Positions 23,110 to 34,794 of a stretch of DNA of 64,000 bases are shown piece by piece. The stretch covers positions 11,346,001 to 11,410,000 of the forward strand of contig OZ076414.1 in the NCBI GenBank assembly GCA_964187785.1, read 5' to 3'. Source of the DNA: Amphiscolops sp. MND2022 (taxonomy: Eukaryota). A program made the position numbers and the translations under genes. The notes beneath the pieces were generated by a model. That model saw nothing but the letters and a program-made list of their open reading frames with translations, did not search any database and had not been told where the DNA came from. Every line of letters begins with the position of its first letter. Within the stretch, counting starts at the first letter, position 1.

Positions 23110-24195
23110 TTTTGGGTTTTCGAAATATCTTTATTGAACAAATGAAACTTTTTAATGTCTGCGAAGAAGGGTCCCCCTTCAATTTTTTTGATCTTTTGCA
23201 ACAGAAAGGTTGTTGAAAAATCTCAGTGGGTGCCGCCTTTTGGTTTTTTGTCGGTACTGTGGAAGCTAATACTTGACACTTTGAAATCCTTCTGCTATTT
23301 TGAGCTTTAGATATGGCGCCCACTTGGGCGGTTCCGTCTTGTTTTTATTTTCATTGTGAGAGGGGATTGTTACTACAAGCTGACACGTCGGAACGTTACT
23401 CTAGACGTCGTTAACTTCAGTTGAACTTGATTGAAAGTTGTTTACCCTTGACGTTGAAGTTAGTGGGTAAACGGCTTTCTACAAAGTTCATCTAAAACTA
23501 GGTAACTTTAGTTCCACTAGAGTAACGTTTCAATGTGACGGCTGGTAATAAGAATTCCCATTCTTGATGAAAAAAATTATAATCAGCTACGTTTTGTTTT
23601 CAGTGTTGCTGATTTTGTTAGAATAAAATAAAAAATTATTTGTATTGTAACAGCGTTTTTACTGGGTGCTTAACATCAGCGATGTTCCTTATTGATTATA
23701 GATAACCAAACATTTTATCTAGAAAAAAGTCTCATTTCCAAAAAAACTGAAAGGGGGGCATTTTGGGATATTTCAACATTTCTGTCGCAAAACATCAAGA
23801 AAATTGAATGGGGACCGTTTAGTGAAAAATAGTTTTTCAAAAGAAAGTCCCACAATGGCGGAAAAACTGGAGGGGTGGATCCTTTGGAACTTTAACATCC
23901 ATTCAATCGTAAAACATCAAGAAAAATGAAGGGGGACCCTTTGGTGAAAAAAAATCGAAAAAACGTTCCACAATGCCGATAAAATCTGGAAGGGGGACCC
24001 TTTAGTCTCGCACGGTATTGTTACGCGAAAAAAAAGAAAAGAAAATCCTTTTTGGTTCAGTTCGCTAGGCCAAATGGTTCAATTTGACACCATAGAATTT
24101 TGTAGAACTTTCATGAACTATTTTGGACTGTTTGTGTGGATTGAAAAAAGCCACTAGTATAGTCGCGTTTCACTTCATGAAGCGCCGACTAAAAA
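23110..24195. repeat. Mosaic of abundant non-coding repeat families (related pieces at ~6960-7700 and ~15490-15730)
   Basis: Shared motifs such as ggtcccccttcaattttttt, ttttgcaaca, cacagtgccgaaaa/ttttcggcactgtg and atatggcgcc. Class not determined; boundaries approximate. Confidence 0.45.
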
Positions 24196-24512
24196 CATTC
24201 AATCATTAGCCAGGGATTTCTGCACTGGTTCTCAACAGTACACCCAAAAATTAGTTTTTAGCAACTAGCTCTGATTTTCTCCTCATTCTGCTGTTTTTGC
24301 CTTTAACTTGATCTTGCAAGATTCTTCACAACTTTCACAGGTTCCTTGCAGAAAATTGCAGGCGGCTCGAATAAGTTTGGGCAGTTTATGCTATACTAAT
24401 TTCCACAATCGACTTGAAAAAAATGAGTTGAAAAACTAGTTTATGAAGTCAAATCATATCAAATCAAATCAATAGTACACGTTATTTGACAGAAGGTTAG
24501 TTATGTTTGGTT

Positions 24513-24647
24513 TCAATTTGCTGCGGGTTCTGTCTCTTCGCTCTCCGGACTCTCCACGTGGCCCATGATGTTTGAATCATCTTGTGACTCATCGAGGGAA
24601 TCGGAGGGGTTGTAGCTGGATTCTGAGTCACCTCGTTCTCTAGGTAC
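24513..24647 (-). CDS. PLIN: Perilipin gene, last exon (acidic tail)
   Basis: Acceptor cttttcttttcag, phase 0, VPRERGDSESSYNPSDSLDESQDD...EETEPAAN* (45 codons); joins the donor gag|gtacgt at 25385. Confidence 0.75.
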   Translation of the reverse strand, partial: VPRERGDSESSYNPSDSLDESQDDSNIMGHVESPESEETEPAAN

Positions 24648-25385
24648 CTGAAAAGAAAAGTTTAAATTTTTTTAATGGAGTATTTTGAAAATTTCAACAT
24701 TTGCTATGATGCAGGTTTGTGGGATCATTTTACGTACGGTATGCGGAAATGCCACTCGTCGAAATTAAAGAGCGGAAAAGTGGTCGAAAATTAACTTGTC
24801 GAATATTAATAGAGTGAAAACTCGTCGAATAATTACAGATTATAAACAGATTATCCAGTGCTAATTGAGCTAATTATGCATTAATTTTCTTTAATTGATG
24901 CGTTAAATTCTCGGTTGCACACATAATATAGCTTTCCTAGTTATATAATCGCTTGAAATATTTCACTTTTATAGTTAACAGTGTAATGCTTCATAATAAG
25001 TTGGAACTTAATAACACAGTACGATCACAAGGTTAGCACCATATTTGTCTGAGATTATTTTCTGTTCTTGCGACGAGTTTTCCGCCGGAGATGTTTCGGC
25101 GATTTATTTTTCGACGCGTTTTCATAGATTCGCTTCATACATTTGCATAGTACATGAAAAGATCAAGAAACTGCCGTGAAGTCCAAACTAGACACACACT
25201 ATTGTTCAAGTTTAGATTAAAGAACTCGCTGTAAACTTCATGAGACTGTTTTTTCGCATCCTTCGTTGGTTAGAATTTAGGTTTGAATCCAATTATTGAA
25301 GTTTGAATTCATTTCAAAATTGAGAAACTTTGGAAAGGAATTGAAGTCTTAAAGAACATATTCTTGAACAAATAGCAGAACGTAC

Positions 25386-26492
25386 CTCAATGGAGAAATC
25401 TGCACCGTTCCGCTTGGAAGATCCTTTAACGTAGGTGCATAAATCTTTTGAAAAATCCTCCAAGATTTTACTGAGTTTTTCGATGTTGGTTCTGGCGCCT
25501 TCTATGCACGAACTGCTGACGTCTTTCATGCTCTTGGCATTTAAAAAGGTGTGGTGTAGAGATTCAATCAGTTGATGACCTTGTTGAAGTCTTGAGGAGA
25601 TGCTTGACCCCAGGTAGGGTTCCGCATACGTCACCAAACCAGTATAGGCCCCACCCAGTTTTTTAGTCAGGTTTCGGGTGACCACCAAAGCTTTTCTGTC
25701 AACATCCACGGGTGTTTGTTCACCTTCTTCCGAAGAATCTTCAAAATCGTCTTCCAACAATTCGTCAATGATTCCCCGCATTTTGGTTCCTCGTGTCGTT
25801 TTCTCGAGGCTCTTCGCGTACTGAATCAAATCCACAGCTTTCGTAAGATTAGCCAATGTTTCTTGACTTCGTTTCTTCAATGACGTCACGTTTTCGTAAG
25901 CCTTGTCTAATGCCCTTCTTTGAAGTTTTGTTCCCACCGTGTACACGCGTTTCACAGTTTGTTCAAGCGAGACTTCCGGTTGGTCAGAACTTTCTCCAGC
26001 TTCTCCGGATTTCCCACTGGAAGATTTTCCCGATGTTTCCTCGTCTTCCGTTTCCGGTGGCGGACTTTTGGGTGTCAAATTCTCAGCCATGCCGATCAAA
26101 GGTTGAAGCGCTGAGCTAACTGCTTGTCCGACGTAGGAGTTGTTAATTGTGGAAACAGTCGAATCCTTCGCCCTTTGGTAAATCACTCCGGGTTCTTCGT
26201 TCATCAAGGGCGCTCTTTCCTCCATTTTCTCCAACTGCTCTGTTGCGTATTTGTCGGCTGCGTGTAAAGTCGGCTCCATTCGTGTCAGCAGGGGTTTGGA
26301 AGCATTGATCAGTGGAGTCGCAACGGTGCCGACCGTTTTTTCGGCAAACTCGGCTGTTAGCTCTGTGAACTTGTTGTAGTTTTTAGTTGCACTGTAGACA
26401 TTTGTAGCGGTGGTTAGCGTCGCGGTCACAGCCGGGTATGAAATAACTTTGGAAGGCAGAAGCCATTCGGTTTCCATTGGTCCCTCAACCAT
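25386..26492 (-). CDS. PLIN: Perilipin (PAT-domain lipid droplet protein), main exon
   Basis: PAT domain KVISYPAVTAT...YSATKN...AEKTV...LEKMEERAPLM and C-terminal KLQRRALDKAY...SQETLANLTKAVDLIQYAK, both matching the perilipin family pattern. The exon is 1107 bp, in frame with the last exon. Confidence 0.9.
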
Positions 26493-26770
26493 TTCTGAAT
26501 CTGTTGCTGTTTCTATCGTTGTTGTTGTTGTTGGTTTTTCTGAAGACGTTGATTCTTGAGCCTGGGCTTGCTTCTTTTCTTTTTTGGAATCAATTTTGGC
26601 GGGTTATTTTAACCAGGTAAATGGTTTACGTTGGAAGGTTTAACAAAACTGGTTGCTTGGATGGTAAGTTTCAAAGTGATTTCAAGCTTAACGCTCTCAC
26701 AAACATTCAGTGCAAATATTTGAAGTCTTTGACCACAAAGACCCGCGTGCTCAAACAGCTATGATATTTA

Positions 26771-26803
26771 TGACGTAATTCATCTCACCACTGCCTTATA
26801 TGG
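26771..26803 (-). promoter_or_regulatory. Candidate perilipin promoter motifs: CRE/ATF-like TGACGTAA and CArG/TATA-like CCATATAAGG
   Basis: Seen at 26771-26778 and 26794-26803, about 280-310 bp upstream of the ATG. Function is inferred only. Confidence 0.3.
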
Positions 26804-28099
26804 TAGCTTCGAAGAGGATCGCTGCTATACAACATCTGCTACTGATTGTTTGCAGAACTTTCGGACTCTAAACTGAAGTCAAAGTTCTAGTTTGACATCG
26901 AATGTAATTTTGGACATCCGGTATCGGTGTCAAAAGCATTTTGAACTGTACTTATGAATTATCAGTTTCAGTTCATAAGTTGTTGATATTTCAAACTTGT
27001 TTATTTATTCCCGCACAATACCTTAAATTGACTAATGATTCATTCCCAACAAAATTTCTGAGGGGCATCTCGACGTATTGTTCAAAGTTAATAAAAAATA
27101 TCAAAGTTTATAAGTTCGAAAAAAGTCAACATAGCGAAAGGTGGATCAAGACTTTGAACTAAAAAGGGTCAAATACTTTTGACGAAGGCCAGATATTTTG
27201 AAAGGTTAAAACTTGCGACTTTTGAGCATCCGAAATGTTTATGGAATTCAAAATTTTACTGCTACTTATTGCATCAATGTTCGAGAAGCAAGAAAAATGC
27301 AATCTTTTGAGCCAGCTGAACGAACCCGGGTTGAAGAACCCAATGGCATCTTGGTTGCCATGGCAACATCTCTCCAAATTCTCACTGCATCTTAACGACC
27401 ATGGATCCAATGGCAAGATTCTTACCGATATTTTACGAAGATGTATCTTCATTCCAAGATCGAATTTCTCCAACATGGTTAAAATTCTAAGCTTTCAAAA
27501 TTTTAACTAATTTTTTGAAAAACAGTTCCAACTCCAGAATAATTTTACTTCCGGATCTTTAGGGGCTTTTTTCAACTTAGATATTGGTTTCCTCTTAAAA
27601 TTTTGAATTTTCGAAAGCTAGCATTTAGGTACGAATGTCAAAGTGTGCAAAGAATTGTTTTCGAAAAAAATCATGGAATTTTTTCACTACGGTTAAAAAT
27701 CACTTGTGCATGTTGTGAAATTGATTGAAAATGGTAATATTTCACCGTCGGACTGGATAATTTTAGATGTTATTCTATTGATGTTCTGAGCCCCATGGTT
27801 TTTAGTCGGCGCACTTTAACCCCAATCGACCTGGGCGTTTTTTAAAATTTTCGAAAAATTTGCCAAAAAAATTTCAATCATCAATATCTCCACAACTACG
27901 CCTACCAGAGGAATGAACTATAGCGCGTTTGAAAGGTCTGATATTGGGCTTTCATTTTGGTCAGGTGAGCCCCTGTCGCCGCGCGCCCCTTCCTTCAGAA
28001 TTTTAGTCTCTCTTTCCGGTACTGCCGCTGCGCGGGGGCTTGTAGTAACAACAGAATATTATAGGGGTTTGTTGCACTAGGACTTGTTGTGGAAGGGTA

Positions 28100-31000
28100 T
28101 GTGGTTGGTTTTTTCTATTGATCAAAAACTTTTGAGAAAACAGGATTTCGTCAATTTGAATTTTGAGAAAACATAACTTTTTTTGTGCAAAAAACCCATT
28201 TTTCTCAGCTTTGGAGATATATTCCCTTTTTCTAATGCTTGTGCCATTCAAATCAATCTAGGTACCAATATAATCGTCCGTATCATTCGCTCGACTGAGC
28301 CGGTACCGGTGGGTAAATTCGGAGTGCATCTAATGCGTTTCATCTTTTCGCCGTTGCAGAATTTTTTAAATTCGTTACTTTTACAGCGAATGCCGGTATC
28401 GGTTCTAATGCGTGCACCATGGTGTTCCGTTGTCCGTAAAATACTTTGTTAAGAATTTCAAAACGGTCCGAGTATCCGTAATTTTGCAGACTTGTGCGGT
28501 GGGCCATTTACTAAAACGGTCAATGACCACCAAAATATATACATCACCGCGTGTTTTTGATTGAATTGGACCGGCGAAATCCAATTGGATTTCTTGGTTC
28601 GGTTCGGTTAAAATTTCTAGGTTGTTTTTCTCCGTCGACGGAATTTGTGTAATATTGTTCTTACCTGCGGCTCTACAGCTTGCACACGTATCCGCCTTTT
28701 CTTGTATTTCCCGATGTATGCTGGGCCACCAAAAGGCTTCGGCTAGCTGGTCCATTTTGGCTGCGGAAGTGTGGCCTTGGTGTAGCATGGCGACGATGGT
28801 TGTGCGCATGTTTTCAGGGATCACGATTTTGTCGTTGTAAAACAACAGTCCAAACCTGGTAGAAAGATGTCAACGGTGTGGTCGGTACGGGTAAATTATA
28901 CCTTCCAGCTGCTGTTTCTCGATTGCTGCTATGGCGTTTGAAATTTTAATGTAGTAGGGGCAAATCCAGGGCGAAGTCCTTTTCTGCTCTCTTGATTACT
29001 TCAGAAGGTTTCTCATTTTGCTCTGTGTTAAGGGTATTAACCTTCGCTGTTTGTTTGAGTCGGATGAGGTTAACTGTCTCGTGTTTTCGGAATCTTCTCA
29101 GAGCGCTTGTTGGGCGTTTTTCTTGTTTGGCTCTCCTAATTTGACTTTCCCCGTCTGACTGGTTATTGTTTATCCATGACTCGTTGTTATTTTGCTGGAA
29201 TGCTTGCAGTGGTGTTGTTTCCAGTGTCTCACAATAGTGGAAGAAGCGGTTATAGATCTCGATATTCAGTTCAGCTATACGTTTACGTCCGGCATGATTT
29301 GGTCTATATTCTTGTATCCGCTCGTTCTCCTTTCCTTCCCCACTATTCGTGTCTTGTCCGGTTACAAAATGTGATTCCCTTCGATCCAGAGACGTTTGGT
29401 TCCGGGTGAATGGCCCCTTTTCTTGTAGATAATTTCCATATCTATTCCGTTAACTTTGTCCATTTTACTTTGCAAGTACGGTGCAATTTTGTTTGAAGAT
29501 TTTGGATTAGCACTGTTTGGTAACGATGAAACGTTGAGCAAGTGAGTGTTTTGATTTCGTTCATGTGTGTTTTTATCGTCCTGTGATTGGTCAGAGTTTT
29601 CTCTCGCGGTGCCTTGTTCGGTAAATCGTTTTATGCTTCCGCGCGTTTACATAATATCTGAAGCATTCTAATCCCCATGGTGCCCCCAAAAATTCTAGTT
29701 CATTTATCGCGTATTTTTTCACAATCAGTCAGAAATCTACTTGCGAAAGCTATGGGTCTGAATAGTTCACCCTCTTTTTACCACAGTGTTGCGCCCATGT
29801 AGTTGTATTTTTTTCGGGTCAAAATGGGCTAGACATGGGGCTTCCGTAATCTCCCTTTTTAGTTTTTCTAAGTCTTTGTCTATTTCTGGCGTCCAGTCCC
29901 ATTTTACGTCTTTCTTTAAGAGTCTTCTCATTCTATCGGTTTCCTTCGATAGATTGTTGATGAATTTCGATAGGTGTTGTATGGAACCCAGGAAGGACTT
30001 TAATTCTTTTACATTCTTCGGTGCTTCCAATTTGGTGTATTGCTTCTGTTTTGTTTTTAATTGGTTTGACGCCGTTCTGATTATTGTGGTAGCCGAGCCA
30101 AGTTAGTTCCTTCTTGAACATTTCCGTCTTTTTTCTCACTAGCCAGGTATCCGGCAATTTGTAATTTTGTAAGGACTTCGCGCACCTCTTTTTCATGGTC
30201 TTCGATGCTACCATTAGTCACACAAATAATGTCGTCTAGCCAAACCGGTGTTTTGAATTTTAATACAGTGTTTATATGTTCTTGAAACACCGTGGGAATA
30301 TCTGATAAACCGTAAAAACCCTTCTTGAAGCGGTAATGTCCGGTAAACTCCCCCCAAATGGTCGAGAATACGCAATGTTTGGCTGCTTCCTTGGATAGTT
30401 TTGCCTGGCCATAAGCGTAATCCAAGTCGATCTTTGACATCCAGATCTCTCCTTTACCTTTTGTAATATTGACAGAGATTTTGCTGATCAGCTCCTCCAT
30501 GTTCGGCATCGTTGCTTTTCTTTTTATACTTACCTCGTTTAGTTATCTCGAATCCAATGCTATATTGACTGACTTGTCTTTTTTGATGGTGATGACAGCA
30601 GGTGAAATGAAGCAATTTTCAGTGGTCTTGTCGGCTTTTTCGAGGTGCCTTTTCCCAATTAATTTTTCTAGTTCCTCACGGACATTTTTTTTGAAAATGG
30701 ATGGGGACTGGTCGTCCTTTTTGTTATATGGGTTTCACATCTTTTTTCAGCTGAATGTCAATTGTAAGCTCTTTGATGGTATGGTTGTTTTTGAATAACT
30801 CTTCGTGTTCATCGATAATTTTCTTTCCTCTTTCTTCTTCTTCCGCATGACGTATGACATTTGTTTTCTTGCTACCTTGTAGTCCGATTTCCAGTTTGTC
30901 AAGCCAATCTAAACCCAATAGTGGTTGAGTGTTCTTGCTTTCTGTTATGAGAATTGGTAATATCTCTTTACTTTTTTCCGTTTTCACTTCAACCATTGCT

Positions 31001-32365
31001 TCACCTTTAAATTTTATTGGGTTCGTGTTTACGTCTACGAAGGTTTCTGTTGTCTTCTTTTTCTCAATTGGATTATTTATTGGTGGTATAATTGTCACCG
31101 GTGAGGCAGTATCAATAATGAATTCTTCCGGCTGACCGTGGACCAATAAGATTTTTTTTGTTGAAATCGACTCGGTTAATACCGTTTACGAATTGAATGT
31201 GTTCAATTTCCGGCCATGGCTCGATGTTGCTATCCGGTGATACTGCTTCGGTTTCCCGGCTGACGGCCTTGGATTTACAAACTTTGGCAAAATGTCCCAT
31301 CTTTTTACAGTTGTTGCATTGGGCCTTCCGTGCCGGACAAATATGCTCTAGTGACCAGTTCGGTATTCCGCAGAAGCGTCTGTCTCGGTTTGAAAATTTT
31401 TTCTTCTCGTTGAATTGGGGTTTTCGCTTCCGTGTTTGGTTTGTATGACCGATCAATTCGGAGGTTGTTGAGCTACTTGTTGAGTCTTTTCTGGCCTTTT
31501 TGATTTTTGGTTTCTTGTCTCCTTATTTTCGGTTGTAGTTGTCGAGTTCTATGGTTTCCAGTACCAGTTGTCTTTTCAATGGGCCTTTTATAAATTTGTC
31601 ACGGTCTCTTTTGTCTTTGATGGTGGCCGCGAATTTGATGTAATAATTTCTTCCGCTGTGATATTGTTGAAATCGCATTTTCTTTCAATGTCCACCAGTC
31701 TTTTCCAGTATTCATCCAATGTTTCATCGTTATCCTGTTCCATGTTGAAGAACTGGGCCCTACTGTGGAATACATTTCTCACTGGAAGAAAAGTTTCCCT
31801 GAATAATGTCAAAAGTTCTGGTAGGTTTACATCTTTTAACTCTCGACCCCATTGGCTTCTCATGATTTCGTGTTTGGCCTTTGGGCCCAATGCCCAAATG
31901 ACGTCATCTTTTATGTGATACACCGTGTGTGGGTCCATGTATTCGATTCCCTCGTCGATAATTTCATCAAAGTTTCGGTTGTATGTCAAATGAATATACT
32001 CCGATATTTGTTCCTATTTGTTCCCACCACATTTTGGGGTTGATCTTTTTGAGGTCTGTTTCTCTATCCGATTGGATCGGGATTTTGTATTTACTTCTTT
32101 CCGTTCGTTCGGATGTTGTTTGATTGTTGGTCATTCTGGTTGATTGTTCCGATGTATTCGGTCCACCTTCCGTTGGATTTGGATCGGTGTTGTTGTTCTC
32201 CATGATATTTTGTTTAAGTTGCTGACTGCGCCATAAAGTAAACTAAGGGAAAAGGTGGGTTAATAAGGTAAATTAAAATGATACGGCGTTAAGGTAAGCA
32301 CTCGTATGTAAGGCGTTAGCAATGTGTATCAAACTCATTCGCAGTATGTCTATCGTATATATGCA
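28100..32365 (-). mobile_element. Decayed Ty3/Gypsy retrotransposon (5' LTR 32234-32365, PBS, gag, PR, RT, RH, IN; 3' LTR missing)
   Basis: PBS tggcgcagtcagc (rc of 32221-32233, tRNA-Ser-like); gag from 32203; zinc knuckle CNNCKKMGHFAKVC; protease IIDTAS; RT KIDLDYAYGQ and WLDD; RH FRPIAFASR; IN H...GH...C..C, DFAGP, DRFSKWP. Many stops and frameshifts. Confidence 0.9.
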
Positions 32366-33095
32366 TAAGGTTACATGACTTCAAGTTAACAGGTACTTTG
32401 ATTGTTCTCTCTGTTTGGCCATGAACTATCCTTTTCATGCCACACAGGGATAAATCGGATGTCTTTTTTTGCCTCATTTTCTGCATATTATTAGTAGTCC
32501 TGGGCAGATATGTGATTGATATCTTTTTTCAATTCCGCGGGTTTTGTAATCTTGTTTTCGGAGAGTTCTAAATGTTCATCCGTTCTCTTTAGTTTGTTTA
32601 AATTTTTGTTCTATGTCTGGTGTATCGGTTTTGGTTTTACTTTGAATGCCGTATTTTGGTTGCAATGTTTCGTCTCATTTATGTCATTTTGCAAAATTTT
32701 TATGAACTCTTTGATTTTCGGTCTGCTCTCTCTACTTTCTTCTTCAGGTCTTTGCGTTTGATTAGGGATCTGAATTGTCGCTATGATGAGTTGCTGTGCC
32801 GATCTCAAATGGAAGGCAGGACTTCATTTGTCGTTCAGTAGCTGTTCACTGTCTTGCATTGTCGCAGTTGTCTGGTTGCAACTGGACGAAGTCTGTTCTA
32901 GTGTGTTGTAATGTGTTATCCGAATTGGAACCGTTCTTGAAGGGGTGTACTAAATGTTTTTTGACACATTGCTTGTCGTTTTTGTTGTAGTTTCCTGGTC
33001 AGTGCGTGTTTTGCTTCATGTCTCATTCTTCATCTTAGCAGTTGTCGTTGTTTCGTTTCTTAATGTTTCGAGAGGGTTGATGTACTTTCGATGTA

Positions 33096-33633
33096 TAGAT
33101 CGTTTCAAAAAGTTCGCAAGACTAGAACTAATTAATCGTCGCTGAAAATACCTTTTGTGAAGTCAAAAAATAAATGTCGACGGCATCAGTTAACTCTCCT
33201 ATCTTTTTGAGCATTCGTAAAAACGTCTTGTACAGCAACACGATTTCGAATGTCGCAATTTTTCAAAAAACGGTGTGCCGTGGCATTGGAGACAAGTCGT
33301 CTGGCTGTAAGCAGAAGGTCAGAAAGCCGGAGTTTTGAGTTTCAATTGACGCGGCCCAGAAGCTGACGCTTGATTCTTCTTGTGAGTACAGATTTTCGAC
33401 CCAATTTGACTTTTTTCTGCCCAATACGTCGCTTCAGGTGTTGACTCGATAATCGAGATAATCCGAGCAACTGCTGAGTTTGCATAATACGGGTTTGCAT
33501 CTTTAAAACGGTATATCGATTTTGCAAGGTCGTCAGATGTGCGTTTGCCTCGCATGGTTGCAGAAATTGATATGATAGCATCACCTAATTAAAAGACTGG
33601 TACGTAGTCTCGCGAACTTTTTGAAACGATCTA
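33096..33633 (-). mobile_element. Internally deleted Tc1/mariner element with both TIRs and TA TSD
   Basis: TA|TAGATCGTTTCAAAAAGTTCGCAAGACTA ... TAGTCTCGCGAACTTTTTGAAACGATCTA|TA (29-bp TIR, 1 mismatch). The transposase N-terminus from 33555 reads MRGKRTSDDLAKSI...GRKSVLTRRIKR...VSNATAHRFL...CRRHL...IFSDD and breaks at the first catalytic Asp. Confidence 0.88.
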
Positions 33634-34794
33634 TAAGTGGTAAATTAACTGTCCATGTTAGATCTATTTATAATATGAATCTTAGCTATAACAACTCGGC
33701 GTGTGCTATGGTTAGGTCTGTATCTACACTGCTGAAGTGCTGAAGATTGGTATGACACATAAAACTTTTTTGAGTGATTGAAGTAATTGCTGACTAGCGC
33801 ATGGTTTTCCATTTCTTCTTTGATAGTATAGAAGTAAGTAGAATGAAAGTTCTGAATGACACAAGTAAAAAATTCGTTGCTAGGTTTAATGTAGACTAAT
33901 CAGTTTCGCATCTATGTCGCTCTTTCAAAGTTTCAAAAACTGGTCACGGTTACTAGATTCCTGAGTCTGCGGTTTGTTTAGATTGAGCTATTCCCATGTA
34001 AGAAGACGCTCGCTGAGCACAAGGTTTTTTCTGAGCAATTTCAAAACAAACTTTACGGTTGCTCAAAACCAGCATGCGAGTTCAAAAGTTTAAGCAAAAA
34101 ACTTTTTTTGAAGTTGTTTATCCGCTGCTGAAGAATTCCCCAGACAAAAGTAAGGAACTTGGTTGTATGATATGAAAGGAAGTCTGTCTTCAAGCACCAA
34201 ATCAAATTTGGCGAAAGTAACGCTGACCGAGAACTTAGTGCAACTTGTGCAAGAGATTTGGGACATTTATTAAACTTATGCATTGTTTTCAGCTGGAATC
34301 TCGCAAGAGTTAGTGGTAAATTATGCATTTTATTACAAGATCCTAAAAGTCTTTGTAACAATATGGTTACACTGGAAATGTGTTCATAGCATTCGTCATT
34401 TATCAAGATGACCTTGCAAGCAACTATAGCTCCGAAACACGAGGCATCATGTCAAGATTCTCGTTTTTTTTTGGCTGGAAAACTGAGGTTTCAGAAGTTC
34501 TCCTTAGCGGAAGTATTATCTATCATTCTGGTATTATAGTGACTATTCTGGCTAGTGAATTTAACTACTAGCAGTTAAGTTTGGAAAAGTTAACAAAGCC
34601 CAACTCCTTCTCGGAAAAGAGGATGACTCCTGGTTTATGTTTTGGCAAATAGAACCATGGTTCTAAGAACTATGTTATATTTTCCAGGCTATCAACTAAC
34701 AAGGTCCGCATTATTCGAGCGGCACAAGCAGTCATGTTTGTCATTGTTGATAAAAAACTGAATTCCCTAATTTAAAGGGACATCATATAGTTTC

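Noticed and set aside
32400-33095. Host gene on the minus strand (e.g. ORF 32611-32808)
   Set aside because: Multiple stops, no splice-consistent structure, and sandwiched between TEs; probably a retroelement remnant that I could not classify.
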